Source of the DNA: Granulicella sp.
GTDB lineage: Bacteria; Acidobacteriota; Terriglobia; Terriglobales; Acidobacteriaceae
Length of the DNA stretch: 64,000 bases
NCBI GenBank assembly: GCA_027339965.1
Contig: DAHWNL010000078.1
Location: forward strand, 32,001 to 96,000
Direction: 5' to 3'
Shown: positions 30,941 through 40,589 of the stretch, piece after piece
Position numbering within the stretch: the stretch's first letter is position 1
Layout: each line of letters begins with the position of its first letter
Position numbers and translations under genes: made by a program
The notes under the pieces: model-generated
The model's input: the letters and a program-made list of their open reading frames with translations, nothing else
Told to the model about the DNA's origin: nothing
Databases searched by the model: none

Positions 30941-31333
30941 TTAGGGCGCGGCGAGCCATGCCGCTAACGCGGCCACTGCCTGTCCCAGGACGGCGATCCA
31001 GGCGATAAACCAGGTTCCGAGTAGAGGAGCCGCCAAAGGATACGCCCAAGCCAGAAAGGCGATCGGAGAGGCGATCCTATGGGCTCTGCGAACGGCTCCT
31101 GCCGGCGCTCGTTGCGCAAAATAAACGAAGGTCGCAAGCAGAAATAGCGCGATGGCGCCCACCGCGATCCAAGGGGAGAGTGCGGCGGGCGGCCTGGCGG
31201 CCACCAGGCTGTTGATCGTGATCGTGTACATGGCCACAATCTCGGCGGGGATGTACTTGGCCAGCCTTGTTCCAAAACCATCACCCCTCCCCTCGGAAGG
31301 ATCGGAATCTTTGGGAATGACGTAACGGCTCAT
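30941..31333 (-). CDS. Hypothetical membrane protein
   Basis: RLAKYIPAE followed by 3-4 TM segments; GGGAG RBS. Confidence 0.65.
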   Translation of the reverse strand: MSRYVIPKDSDPSEGRGDGFGTRLAKYIPAEIVAMYTITINSLVAARPPAALSPWIAVGAIALFLLATFVYFAQRAPAGAVRRAHRIASPIAFLAWAYPLAAPLLGTWFIAWIAVLGQAVAALAAWLAAP

Positions 31334-31459
31334 CGCTGTGCTCCCTGGAAAGGATAGATGCGAAGATAGATGCTTCAAAGGCCGCTTGCACCATCTTCTT
31401 GATTGTTTTTTTGAGAGCAGAAAAAACGGAGTGAGATTCTGACCTTGCCTATTTCCGCC

Positions 31460-32743
31460 TCAGCGCCGGGAGTGAAAGCCTTTGACCACGATGTCGTTAG
31501 CGTGGCCGCCCGAGGGCAGCATGGTAAACAGCGTCGGGCCGTTCTTCCCTTGCAGGCGAATCACCGCAACATCGGACGAACCCGTGTCGGCGATCAGCAG
31601 CAGTTGCTGGTCGGCAGAGAAGGCCAGAGTGTCCGGGTGCTCTCCCGTGCGGACACTACCCTCCACGCGGCCATCGTCGATGCTGTACAGGGCGGCTGAG
31701 TCCGCGCCGAAGTTGCTGACCCAGAGGCTGGAGTTGTCACTGCCGATGACCGCTCCGGAAGGCTTCGATCCGATGGGATAAGTTCCCAGTACCTCGTTGG
31801 TCCAGGTAGAGATCTCCGAGATGGTGTCCGAGCCGAAGTTGGTGCTGAAGACCTCATTGCCATTGGGCATGGCGGCGATTGTGGTCGGCGTGTCGCCAAC
31901 GTCTAGGAAGCAGAGCAGATGATCCTGCCGCAGGAAAGCATCCTGCTTGCCGCGCCAAGATCGGGGCGAGGCGGAAAGCCACACGACCATCACCCGATGA
32001 GCGGCCGAGCAGGCGACAAATGCCTTGGCGCCGGAGTCGGGCTCAGCGTTGGAGTCGGCAACTACGGCTACGTCGGTAGCTCCGGGGCAGCCGGAGAAGG
32101 AGCCGCGCAGCTTCAGAGGCTGCTGCGTGGAGTTGGTGATGGTGTAGACCGAGAGACTGCCGGAGATGCGATTGCTGACCACCAGGGTATGGTGATCAGG
32201 CGCCACCTTGGCCACACCTGGCCCCTCCCCAGTGGATGCATACCCAATCTGCCGGTGCTTCTCCAGATCCAGCACGCTGACGGTGTTGGATCCCGAGTTG
32301 GGCACGTAGCCACGCTTGCCATCCGGCGAGACAGCCAGGAAGTACGGCGTCCTTTGCACTCCGATGGTGGAGACCACGCGGTTGGTGGTGGCGTCGATGA
32401 CCGAGACGGAGTCGCTTCCGCTGTTCACTGCGTAGATCTCATTGCGCACCGGGTTGATCGCGAGGCCGGTGGGTTGGCGCCCTACCGGAATCACCCGGTC
32501 CTGGCGGAGGTAGACAAGATCCAGTGCCGTGACAGTGCCGCGTGCGCCGTTGGAGACGTAGGCAAACTCGTGATAGCTGGCAGGATAAGCGGGAAAGGGA
32601 GAACGGGAACAACTGCCGAGGGCCAGCGGCAAAAGTAGCACAATGCCGGGAGCCCAGCGCTTATGGAAGGGGCCGTCGGATTGGGCGCGCCGCGGTTCCA
32701 AGTCCTTTTGCCCCTGGCGCGCTTCGTTCTGTCCCTGGCTCAT
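31460..32743 (-). CDS. YncE/YVTN beta-propeller lipoprotein
   Basis: LGSC lipobox; repeated 'Y(A/V)xNSGS(D/N)(S/T)VSV(I/L)D' blades. Confidence 0.88.
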   Translation of the reverse strand: MSQGQNEARQGQKDLEPRRAQSDGPFHKRWAPGIVLLLPLALGSCSRSPFPAYPASYHEFAYVSNGARGTVTALDLVYLRQDRVIPVGRQPTGLAINPVRNEIYAVNSGSDSVSVIDATTNRVVSTIGVQRTPYFLAVSPDGKRGYVPNSGSNTVSVLDLEKHRQIGYASTGEGPGVAKVAPDHHTLVVSNRISGSLSVYTITNSTQQPLKLRGSFSGCPGATDVAVVADSNAEPDSGAKAFVACSAAHRVMVVWLSASPRSWRGKQDAFLRQDHLLCFLDVGDTPTTIAAMPNGNEVFSTNFGSDTISEISTWTNEVLGTYPIGSKPSGAVIGSDNSSLWVSNFGADSAALYSIDDGRVEGSVRTGEHPDTLAFSADQQLLLIADTGSSDVAVIRLQGKNGPTLFTMLPSGGHANDIVVKGFHSRR

Positions 32744-32859
32744 CGCTTGCTCTTGCGCCACTGCACTGCCAGCCAGCTGACGTATCCCAACTGAAGCAAC
32801 CATACGGCGCAGTAAGCGTATACCAAGTGCCGCTGGGAGAGTGTGTGAAACGGAATCAT
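32740..32859 (-). CDS. ccmD: CcmD-like heme exporter subunit (39 aa; absent from the ORF track)
   Basis: Manual translation MIPFHTLSQRHLVYAYCAVWLLQLGYVSWLAVQWRKSKR*; TGATG overlap with the ccmC stop, GGAGG upstream, ATGA overlap with the next gene. Confidence 0.75.
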   Translation of the reverse strand: MIPFHTLSQRHLVYAYCAVWLLQLGYVSWLAVQWRKSKR

Positions 32860-33596
32860 CAGGCCTCCTCCAAGCGGTGACGGAGCACTGCGTTGGTTTC
32901 TTCCCGGCTAAGAATACCAAGGGCCTCGGCATTGGCATCCTGCTGCCGGCGCCGCTCAATGGCATAGCGCACACCCACCAGAAAAGCCCCCCACATCGCC
33001 CAGGCAACCATGTTCCAGAGGACAGCGGGCAGCATGCTGGGGTCAATGCCGGAGTTGGCCCCGCCACCGAAGACGGCGGCCGGATGCTGCGTGCGCCACC
33101 AGCGGATCGACATGAAGCAGATCGGAATATCAATGGCGGCGAAGATCGCCAGCACGGCTGCGATCACCGCCGTCCGCCCCGTGGAGGAGAAGCTGCGCAC
33201 CAACAGATAGCAGACATAAAGCAGCCACAGCAGAAGATAGGTGGTCATGCGCGCATCCCAAGCCCACCAGATGCCCCAGGCTGCGCGCCCCCACAGCATG
33301 CCGGTTGCCAGCCCGATGGTGGCGTAGAGCACGGTGACCTCCGCGGAGGCTAGAGCAAAGGCATCCGCTGCAGCGGCGCGCTCCACGTTGCGATTGCGCC
33401 AGAAGAGGTACAGAAAAGATGCGGCCAGATTCAGATACGGAAAGACAAAGCTGAGAATGGCATGGGGCAGATGGTAGAAGAAGACCCGGTAAAGGTTGCC
33501 CATGGTTGCCTCTCGCGGTGCGGCCATGGCCCGGTAGAAGCCATAAATCAGCAACAAAACGGTAAGCGCAAGCCAACCCTTAGCCCACTTGGGCAT
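32859..33596 (-). CDS. ccmC: Heme ABC transporter/cytochrome c biogenesis protein CcmC
   Basis: FFYHLP, WGRAAWGIWWAWDAR (WWD domain), WWRTQHP. Confidence 0.92.
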   Translation of the reverse strand: MPKWAKGWLALTVLLLIYGFYRAMAAPREATMGNLYRVFFYHLPHAILSFVFPYLNLAASFLYLFWRNRNVERAAAADAFALASAEVTVLYATIGLATGMLWGRAAWGIWWAWDARMTTYLLLWLLYVCYLLVRSFSSTGRTAVIAAVLAIFAAIDIPICFMSIRWWRTQHPAAVFGGGANSGIDPSMLPAVLWNMVAWAMWGAFLVGVRYAIERRRQQDANAEALGILSREETNAVLRHRLEEA

Positions 33597-33829
33597 CGTT
33601 CGATTCGATCTAGGAATTTTAGTCACCCTCCGTGATTTTATCTCTTCGTTGAACCGGTCTGGAGAGTTCCGCCTGGCGGTCGAGTCGCCCTCTACACCCG
33701 CGGATCCTCGCCCCACAGCGCCCCGCAGCGGGGGAATCTTCCCCGCTGCGCCAGGGGGCGAATCAGCGCTTGGCGCCAGCTCCAGGGGTTGGCCGCGGCT
33801 TTGACCAGGACGAGCGCCTGCCGGCAGAT

Positions 33830-34510
33830 TCAATCCGCGCTCAGGACAGTTTCGAACAACAGGACGCAAGCGGTTGTGAAGACAATCACATAGGCCAAAA
33901 GCACCTTGATCCATAATGTCGGTTCAAACTGGCCGGTGAGCACGGCCGTGGTGGCCTGGATCATGGCCAGAAGCGCCGGCATGGAGATAGGCAGTAAAAC
34001 CAGCGGCAGCAGTGTCTCACGGTTGCGCGTGCGCAGGCTGAGCGCCGCAAAGAAAGTGCCGTTGACCACCAGGGCCCAGGTTCCGAGCGGCAGGATAAAC
34101 AACAGCTTCCACGCCTGGCCCAGTGGCTGCAAGTTGTAAAAAACAGTGAAGATGGGAGCCAGAACGATCTCCACGGCCGTGACGAAGAAAAAGTTGGCCA
34201 GGGCCTTGCCAATGAACAGAGCCGAAGCCGGGGCCTCCAATAGCCGATGCGCGTCCAGAACACTGTTGTTGGTCTCCCGAGCCCAGGACTGATTCAGCGC
34301 CGTCATGGCCGCAAACAGCAGGGCGACCCACAACAGACCACCGCTGATCTGGCGCGTCATGTCAGGATACGACGCCGGGTCAAAGGCCATGGCAAGCACC
34401 ACCACCACCAGCAGGGCGAAGAAGAGCATGCCGTTGATGGAGTCTTTCGTACGCCACTCCAGGCGCAGATCCTTGCGGAGGTGGGTGAGAACGTGCTGGG
34501 CGTAGTTCAT
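33830..34510 (-). CDS. ccmB: Heme exporter protein CcmB
   Basis: KDLRLEWR, GLLW, RETLLPLVLLP; multiple TM segments. Confidence 0.9.
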   Translation of the reverse strand: MNYAQHVLTHLRKDLRLEWRTKDSINGMLFFALLVVVVLAMAFDPASYPDMTRQISGGLLWVALLFAAMTALNQSWARETNNSVLDAHRLLEAPASALFIGKALANFFFVTAVEIVLAPIFTVFYNLQPLGQAWKLLFILPLGTWALVVNGTFFAALSLRTRNRETLLPLVLLPISMPALLAMIQATTAVLTGQFEPTLWIKVLLAYVIVFTTACVLLFETVLSAD

Positions 34511-35049
34511 GCTGGTCCTTGCGGGCCGTTGGTGGGGACAGCGCGGCTATCGGCTCTGGTGAGGTCGGCCAGAGCGGCTGAGGTGGCGCGCAGATAGTCC
34601 TGCGGCGACAACAGCAACTGCAGACCGCGCTGCCCGGCTGACACGGAGATCACGTCGAAGATCTCCAGGGTCTCATCGGCAAAGGCCGGGAAGGGCTTTT
34701 TGGCCGCCAGCACGGTGACGCCGCCGCGAATGTACCCGGTGAGCGGTTCAACATCCTTCAAAGCGGCCAACTCTACCTTGCGCATACCGGCAGCGGCTGC
34801 CAGCTTCTTCAAATCCAGCTCGGAGTTTCCCGGCGTCACGGCAAACAGATGTTCGCCCTCGTGCGTGCGAGTGAGAAGCGTTTTGAACACCTGTTCAGCG
34901 GGAAGGCCAACCTTATGCGCCACCGTGATCGCCGAAAGGTCGCTTGGATCCACCTCGTAGGCGCGCAGCTCGTAATGGATGCCAAGAGAGTCCAAGTATC
35001 GCGCCGCGTTCGTCTTGCCAACAGAGGACGCCTTAGCCAATGCCTTCAT
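34507..35049 (-). CDS. ybaK: Cys-tRNA(Pro) deacylase
   Basis: KTNAARYLD, QVFKTL, LDLKKLA, TGYIRGG, VSAGQRG. Confidence 0.93.
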   Translation of the reverse strand: MKALAKASSVGKTNAARYLDSLGIHYELRAYEVDPSDLSAITVAHKVGLPAEQVFKTLLTRTHEGEHLFAVTPGNSELDLKKLAAAAGMRKVELAALKDVEPLTGYIRGGVTVLAAKKPFPAFADETLEIFDVISVSAGQRGLQLLLSPQDYLRATSAALADLTRADSRAVPTNGPQGPA

Positions 35050-35909
35050 CGAACACCCTCCCTTTGCGCCGGCGTATCGCCATCTGCCTCCAGGGGCGAG
35101 GTCTGCTGCAGGGAAACCAAGCGGCCGGCGTTCATCGTCAGAGTGCTCTGCGCCAGGGGCCGCGCCAGCTCAGTCTGATGGGTGGTCAACAACAGCGTGC
35201 GCGCCAGGCCGCGGGGCGAAGGCTGAGCAAGATACGCCACAAGGCGAGCGATCATGCTGTGCGCGGAGCCTACATCGAGGTTGGAGAAGGGTTCGTCCAG
35301 CAGCAGAAGATCCGGTTCGGAGAGGAGGACGCGGGCCAGTGAGGCGCGTTGCCGCATGCCTTGCGAATATTCGCCTACCCGGCGAGGATTGGTCGGGTCC
35401 AAGCCCACTTCGCTGAGCGCCTGGGCAGCGCGGTCGCGCAGCCGAGCCTTTCGGGAACCGCTGGAATGGTTGGATCTCATGGACTGTGGACTGCTGTTTT
35501 GCAGGCCGGCAAAGTAGGTGAGGTTCTCCATGCCTGTCAGTTCGTCGTAAAGCATCGTGGCATGGCTCATATAAGCCACGGAGCCGCGTAGGTCTCGCGG
35601 AGATTCGCCGAAGATCGTCACCTCGCCATAGGTGGGCGCGTGCAGCCCGGCAACCACTTTGAGCAACGTCGACTTCCCTGCGCCATTTTCCCCTACAATG
35701 ACGACGCTCGATCCCGGGGCAAGTTGTAGCGAGACCTCACGCAGCGCCACGAAGCTGCCGTACAGCCGTGAGACCCGCTGCAGCTTGACCGCGGCGGAGG
35801 TTTCCGTGGCGGAAGACATCCTCGGCCGGGGCAAGGCCCCTGGTTTGGCAACCGCCGCACCTCCCAGCTCGATGGTGGGCGCAACCGTAGGATCCTTTCC
35901 GATGGTCAT
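35046..35909 (-). CDS. ccmA: Heme ABC exporter ATP-binding protein
   Basis: GENGAGKST, YSQGMRQR, LLLDEPF; ccmB/ccmC context. Confidence 0.82.
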   Translation of the reverse strand: MTIGKDPTVAPTIELGGAAVAKPGALPRPRMSSATETSAAVKLQRVSRLYGSFVALREVSLQLAPGSSVVIVGENGAGKSTLLKVVAGLHAPTYGEVTIFGESPRDLRGSVAYMSHATMLYDELTGMENLTYFAGLQNSSPQSMRSNHSSGSRKARLRDRAAQALSEVGLDPTNPRRVGEYSQGMRQRASLARVLLSEPDLLLLDEPFSNLDVGSAHSMIARLVAYLAQPSPRGLARTLLLTTHQTELARPLAQSTLTMNAGRLVSLQQTSPLEADGDTPAQREGVR

Positions 35910-36380
35910 ATCTGCAGCTCAGTATAAAACTTCGCCGTAAGCTGCCGTGTGATTTGGGCCGCTGTGCGTTGCCGGGGGGAAGAGCCGCATCCAGGAAGCG
36001 GTTTTGTCGCGGAGATGAAGCTATGGCCGCCGGCAGAAGAGGCGAAGGGAGCGGCGTCCGGCCACGGCTTCCAAGGCAGCATGGATCGCACGGAGCCTGC
36101 ACCGGGCTCCTGGCCCGCCGCCGAGCGCGGTACATGAACAAATTGGCATCGCGACGACCGGTAGACGGATGCGGACCGCACCTGAGATCTGGAGCAGGAA
36201 ACCTCGGACCGCGGCAAGCACTCGATGGCGAAACGGCCGGCACCGGCTTCGTGAAACGGAACCGAGGCATACCCCCCGGCCATGCGATAGAAAGATGCAC
36301 GCTCCACGATTGGTTGTGGAGATGCGAAAACCGGGAGCCAGATTCGCCGTCATCCTCAGCGTAGCTGTCAGCTTGCGCCT

Positions 36381-36496
36381 TATAGCATTTTCAGTGCTGC
36401 TGGGTACACCGGAGAGGGCGTGCACTGGCGTTTTCATTGGGGAAAACGCCCTTGGAGGTCAAGGCGTCGCGTTACACCGGCACTGAAAACGCTTTA
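36381..36496 (+). mobile_element. MITE-like repeat, copy 3
   Basis: TIRs TATAGCATTTTCAGTG / CACTGAAAACGCTTTA; same internal hairpin as copy 1. Confidence 0.85.
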
Positions 36497-36606
36497 GTGA
36501 CCATGGCTCTCTTTCCCAAACTTCCAAACTCGCAAGGCTCCGGGATCCTCATCGGGAAAGCGGGCGCAGCGACGGCGATGCCGGGCCGCTCCGGCGGCGA
36601 AGAGGT

Positions 36607-36915
36607 TCATCCCAACGAATCCAACATCTCCTGCATCTCTCTGGCGGCGTGGGCGTTTCCGGTGCGCTCGCAGGCCGCCAATCCGGCCCGCAGCCGTGTC
36701 CTGGCCTCTTCCGCCCGGCCCATCGTTAGCAGCGTCTGCGCCGACATCTGGAAGGCGGGCACGTAGTCCGGGTTATATTCCAGGACGAGCGCATACTCGC
36801 GCAGCGCTGCTTCGATCCTTCCCTCAGCCGCATACGCCATCGCCAGACCGTAGCGCGCAAACGCATCTTTCGGATTCTGTTCCAAGATCCCACTCAACAT
36901 CGCAATCCTGTCCAT
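36607..36915 (-). CDS. Tetratricopeptide repeat protein
   Basis: NPKDAFARYGLAMAY and NPDYVPAF TPR patterns. Confidence 0.85.
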   Translation of the reverse strand: MDRIAMLSGILEQNPKDAFARYGLAMAYAAEGRIEAALREYALVLEYNPDYVPAFQMSAQTLLTMGRAEEARTRLRAGLAACERTGNAHAAREMQEMLDSLG

Positions 36916-36974
36916 GTTGCTAGGATGCGGCACGTCGTCTGCCGATGCAAACAAGGAGCCATTACAATAAAGGA

Positions 36975-37496
36975 ATGGCCGTTCAACCTCCCTCGAAGCC
37001 GGTTCATGCCTCCCAATCGGAACGGAGCGAGATCATCTTCCCGGCCGACGCCAACGCATTGGGCAATCTCTTCGGTGGTCGCCTGATGCAGTTCATTGAC
37101 CTGGTAGGGGCTACGGCCGCAAGCCGCCACGCCCGCGCCTATACCGTCACCGCCTCCATGGATCATCTGGACTTCGTCGCCCCGGTCCACGTCGGCGACC
37201 TGTTGATCCTGAAAGCCAGCGTCAACCGCGCCTTTCGCACCTCCATGGAAATCGGAGTCAAAGCCATGGTGGAAGACGTCCGCGCCCAGACCTTGCGCCA
37301 TGTCTCCAGCGCTTATCTGACCTATGTTGCGGTCGATCTCGCGGGCAACCGTCTCGAAGTCCCGGAGGTCGTGCCGGAGACAGATCACCAGATTCGGCGT
37401 TTTGAAGCCGCTCTTCGCCGCCGCCAGTTGCGCTCCGAAGAGATGGCGCGCAAGAAGGAACACCACTCCAACTTGCCTCCGGAGTGGCTCATCTAG
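36975..37496 (+). CDS. Acyl-CoA thioesterase (hotdog fold, YciA-like)
   Basis: DANALGNLFGG, VTAS, VNRAFRTSMEIGV, YLTYVAVD. Confidence 0.92.
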   Translation: MAVQPPSKPVHASQSERSEIIFPADANALGNLFGGRLMQFIDLVGATAASRHARAYTVTASMDHLDFVAPVHVGDLLILKASVNRAFRTSMEIGVKAMVEDVRAQTLRHVSSAYLTYVAVDLAGNRLEVPEVVPETDHQIRRFEAALRRRQLRSEEMARKKEHHSNLPPEWLI

Positions 37497-37539
37497 TTCA
37501 CCATGAATTTATAAGCGAAGCACTCCAAAAGAGGATCTT

Positions 37540-38373
37540 ATGTCTCACTCTCATGCACCCGCAGCGCAAGCTCCACAGCGTCTCCCTGGGATCCGTCACA
37601 TTCTGGCGGTTGGTTCCGGAAAGGGAGGGGTTGGGAAAACCACGGTCGCCGTCAACCTTGCGGTGGCGTTGAACAAACTCGGCCACCGCGTCGGGCTGAT
37701 CGATGCCGACATCTACGGCCCAAACGTACCCACCATGCTTGGCGCCACCCGCTCGCCCAGCATCGTCGACGGAAACCTGATGGAACCGATCCTCGCCCAT
37801 GGCGTCCGGTTCATCTCCATTGGCTTGATCTCTCCCGGCGACAAGCCGATGATCATGCGTGGTCCGATGCTGCACCAGATTATCCGCCAGTTCCTTCAGC
37901 AGGTGGCTTGGGGAGAGCTGGATGACCTGATCATCGACCTCCCCCCCGGCACTGGCGACGTCGTGATCTCGCTCGTCCAGACCGTGCCGCTAAGCGGCGC
38001 CATCGTGGTATCCACCGGGTCTGCAGTAGCGCTAGAGGATGCCCGCAAGGCCCTCGAGATGTTCCATCAGGTCAACGTCCCTGTCATTGGCCTGGTAGAA
38101 AACATGTCGCAGATGACGCTGCCGGATGGCTCCGTGGTGGACGTCTTTGGCGCCGGCGCCACGGAACAGACGGCCCGCCAGTTCAACCTTCCCTTCCTTG
38201 GCTCAGTCGATCTGGATCCTCAGATCCGCACCGGAGGCGACAGTGGGCTTCCAGCTGCGCTCGCGGGCTCCGCCACGGCGCGGGGGAAAGAGTTCCTGGC
38301 CATCGCCGAAAAGGTCGCCACACGAACTCAGGCGCTGGCCGCCAAAGACAGCGTGGTTCTGGAGGTCTCCTAA
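37540..38373 (+). CDS. Mrp/NBP35 family ATP-binding protein
   Basis: SGKGGVGKTT, DADIYGP, RGPM, DLPPGTGD, GLVENMS. Confidence 0.93.
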   Translation: MSHSHAPAAQAPQRLPGIRHILAVGSGKGGVGKTTVAVNLAVALNKLGHRVGLIDADIYGPNVPTMLGATRSPSIVDGNLMEPILAHGVRFISIGLISPGDKPMIMRGPMLHQIIRQFLQQVAWGELDDLIIDLPPGTGDVVISLVQTVPLSGAIVVSTGSAVALEDARKALEMFHQVNVPVIGLVENMSQMTLPDGSVVDVFGAGATEQTARQFNLPFLGSVDLDPQIRTGGDSGLPAALAGSATARGKEFLAIAEKVATRTQALAAKDSVVLEVS

Positions 38374-38484
38374 AGCAGTTTCAGTGTAGGTGCACCCAAT
38401 GCCTTGGCTTCTATGGGCGTTTTTCCCAATGAAAACGCCACTGCAAGCCCTCTTCGGGACACCCATCAACACTGAAATGCTATA
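38371..38484 (-). mobile_element. MITE-like repeat, copy 4 (inverted)
   Basis: Reverse complement is nearly identical to copy 1; the terminal TAA is the mrp stop codon. Confidence 0.85.
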
Positions 38485-38612
38485 GCCACCGGGCCACCGG
38501 CCTGTGACCGCCAAGAAATGATCATTCCGCAGCGGTGGCAGCTCATGTTCCGAACCGCGCCAACTGCGACCTTTCGGGGTCACAGTTGGTCTAACCTGAT
38601 ATCAAACTTCTT

Positions 38613-39707
38613 ATGTCCAGGGCCCTCACAAACCGCCAGCGCGAGATCCTCACCGCGATCGTGGAGAGTTACATCTCCACCGGCGAGCCGGTAAGCTCCG
38701 GCACACTGGCGCAGTCGGCCTTTGCGAACGGTATCAGCTCGGCCACCATCCGCCACGAGATGGCCGAGCTGGCTGAAGCCGGCCTGCTGGAGCAACCGCA
38801 CACCTCGGCCGGGCGCATCCCTTCGGCGGAGGCCTTTCGGCTTTACGTAGGACAACTGACCAACGCTCAACAACTTTCCGGAACATCCCGCGCCGAGCTG
38901 CAGATGCACCGAGAAGCCCTCCAGGCAAAGATCGATACCAGTTTTGCCGGGGTCGCCGGAGCCTCCGCCCTGCTGGAGCGTACCTCGCACGTACTCGCCT
39001 CACTCTCCAGCGGGGTCGGGCTGGCCATTGGAGCGGCCGCTGCCTCCGACCTGTTGGAGCACATCCACTTTAGCCGTCTTGCCCCACGCCGTATCTTGGC
39101 GGTTCTGGTGACCCGCAGCGGCATGGTGCGTGATCGCGTCCTGTCCTTGGAGCCAGACTCGGGCGAGGTGCTCTCGCCGCTGCAGCTTGAGGCTGCGGCC
39201 AACTACCTGAACACCCACTTCCGCGCCTGGAACATCGATCAGATCCGGCGCGAGCTGTCCGCCCGTCTGGAGGTGGAGCGAAACGCCTACCGCCAGCTCT
39301 CCGACGCCAGCCAACTCTGGTCCCGCACCCTGCCCGAGGACTCTGTCCAGCAGCAGCCCGTCTATGTCGACGGCGTCGCCAACCTGCTTGCCCTTTCTGC
39401 TGACCGCGAGCGGCTTCGCGCCATGCTGTCTGCGTTAGAGGAGAAGCAGCGCCTCATCGACCTGCTCAACGCCTACCTGGATACCGCCGAACACTCCACC
39501 CGCGTGGTCTTCAATCTTGAGCGCCAGGATCCGAGCATGGCGGGTCTGGTTCTGATCGCTGCTCCGGCGCAATTCTCCGGGGAGAGCGCCGTCGCCATCC
39601 TCGGGCACAAGCGCATGGACTACGAGAGCGCCATCAACGCCGTCGGTTACGTTGCCCGCCTTTTGCAACGAATTGACACCGGTCAAGCCGCTCCACAGGC
39701 TCCTTAG
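38613..39707 (+). CDS. hrcA: Heat-inducible transcription repressor HrcA
   Basis: LTNRQREIL.AIVESYISTGEPVSS, SSATIR, QPHTSAGRIP, RMDY. Confidence 0.95.
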   Translation: MSRALTNRQREILTAIVESYISTGEPVSSGTLAQSAFANGISSATIRHEMAELAEAGLLEQPHTSAGRIPSAEAFRLYVGQLTNAQQLSGTSRAELQMHREALQAKIDTSFAGVAGASALLERTSHVLASLSSGVGLAIGAAAASDLLEHIHFSRLAPRRILAVLVTRSGMVRDRVLSLEPDSGEVLSPLQLEAAANYLNTHFRAWNIDQIRRELSARLEVERNAYRQLSDASQLWSRTLPEDSVQQQPVYVDGVANLLALSADRERLRAMLSALEEKQRLIDLLNAYLDTAEHSTRVVFNLERQDPSMAGLVLIAAPAQFSGESAVAILGHKRMDYESAINAVGYVARLLQRIDTGQAAPQAP

Positions 39708-39812
39708 CAGTTGAACGGTATCACCCGTCAGGACGAACTCATGAGTATCGTGAAAGATCGCTTGAAGCACTGGCCGCGAACTACCCTCCGCAAGAAGGAA
39801 GAAAACCAGAAG

Positions 39813-40397
39813 ATGAACACCGAACAGATGGAAACCACTGAAGCCAAGCACACGGAAGATGCAACGACCACCCTTCCTGCCGAGACCACCCTTCCTGCCG
39901 AGCCGTTGGAGCTTCCCAGCGAACTGGAACAGCTTCGCGCCGAGCGGGATCAGTTTGCCCAGATGCTGGCCCAATCGCAGGACCGTCTTGCTCGCCTGCA
40001 GGCAGAGTTCGACAACACCCGCAAGCGAGAAGCCAAGGAACGCCAGGATATGCGCGACTTCGCCATCCAGTCCGCCATTGAACCTTTTCTCGGGGTTCTG
40101 GACAACTTCGCCCTGGCCCTCAAGTCGGAGGGGGATGTGGCCCAGCTTCGGACCGGCGTGCAACTGATCGTGAGGCAGATGGAGGACGCCCTTCGCGGTC
40201 TGAACATTCAGCCGGTGGAGGCTGTCGGTGCCCAGTTTGATCCTAGAATCCACGAGGCTCTGGGCAGCATCGAAACCGTAGAGCATCCGGATCACCAGGT
40301 TCTCGAGGAGATCCGCCGTGGCTATAAGCTGCGCGACAAGCTGCTGCGTCCCGCGCTAGTCAAGATCGCCGTCAACTCGGCTCAAAAGAGCGAGTAA
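39813..40397 (+). CDS. grpE: Nucleotide exchange factor GrpE (start may be 39741)
   Basis: RLQAEFDN.RKR, FDPRIHEA, GYKLRDKLLRPA. Confidence 0.95.
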   Translation: MNTEQMETTEAKHTEDATTTLPAETTLPAEPLELPSELEQLRAERDQFAQMLAQSQDRLARLQAEFDNTRKREAKERQDMRDFAIQSAIEPFLGVLDNFALALKSEGDVAQLRTGVQLIVRQMEDALRGLNIQPVEAVGAQFDPRIHEALGSIETVEHPDHQVLEEIRRGYKLRDKLLRPALVKIAVNSAQKSE

Positions 40398-40589
40398 GGT
40401 GTATCACTTCCCTTTCGCCAGCCGCCTCTCGGGAACGGCTGCGAACCAGGCTCTGGGACTTGCCGTTGGAACGGCCCATACAGACGATCGATGGAACTGG
40501 GCTCGACCGAGCAAATCCCCTGATTCAACCGGCCGGCAGCACCCGAGCCTCTCCGCCGGCCTACTCAAAGCAAGCTTCAGGATCCAGGA

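Noticed and set aside
39867..39902. 18-bp duplication (TTLPAE x2) in the grpE N-terminus
   Set aside because: Ordinary in-frame slippage in a disordered region.
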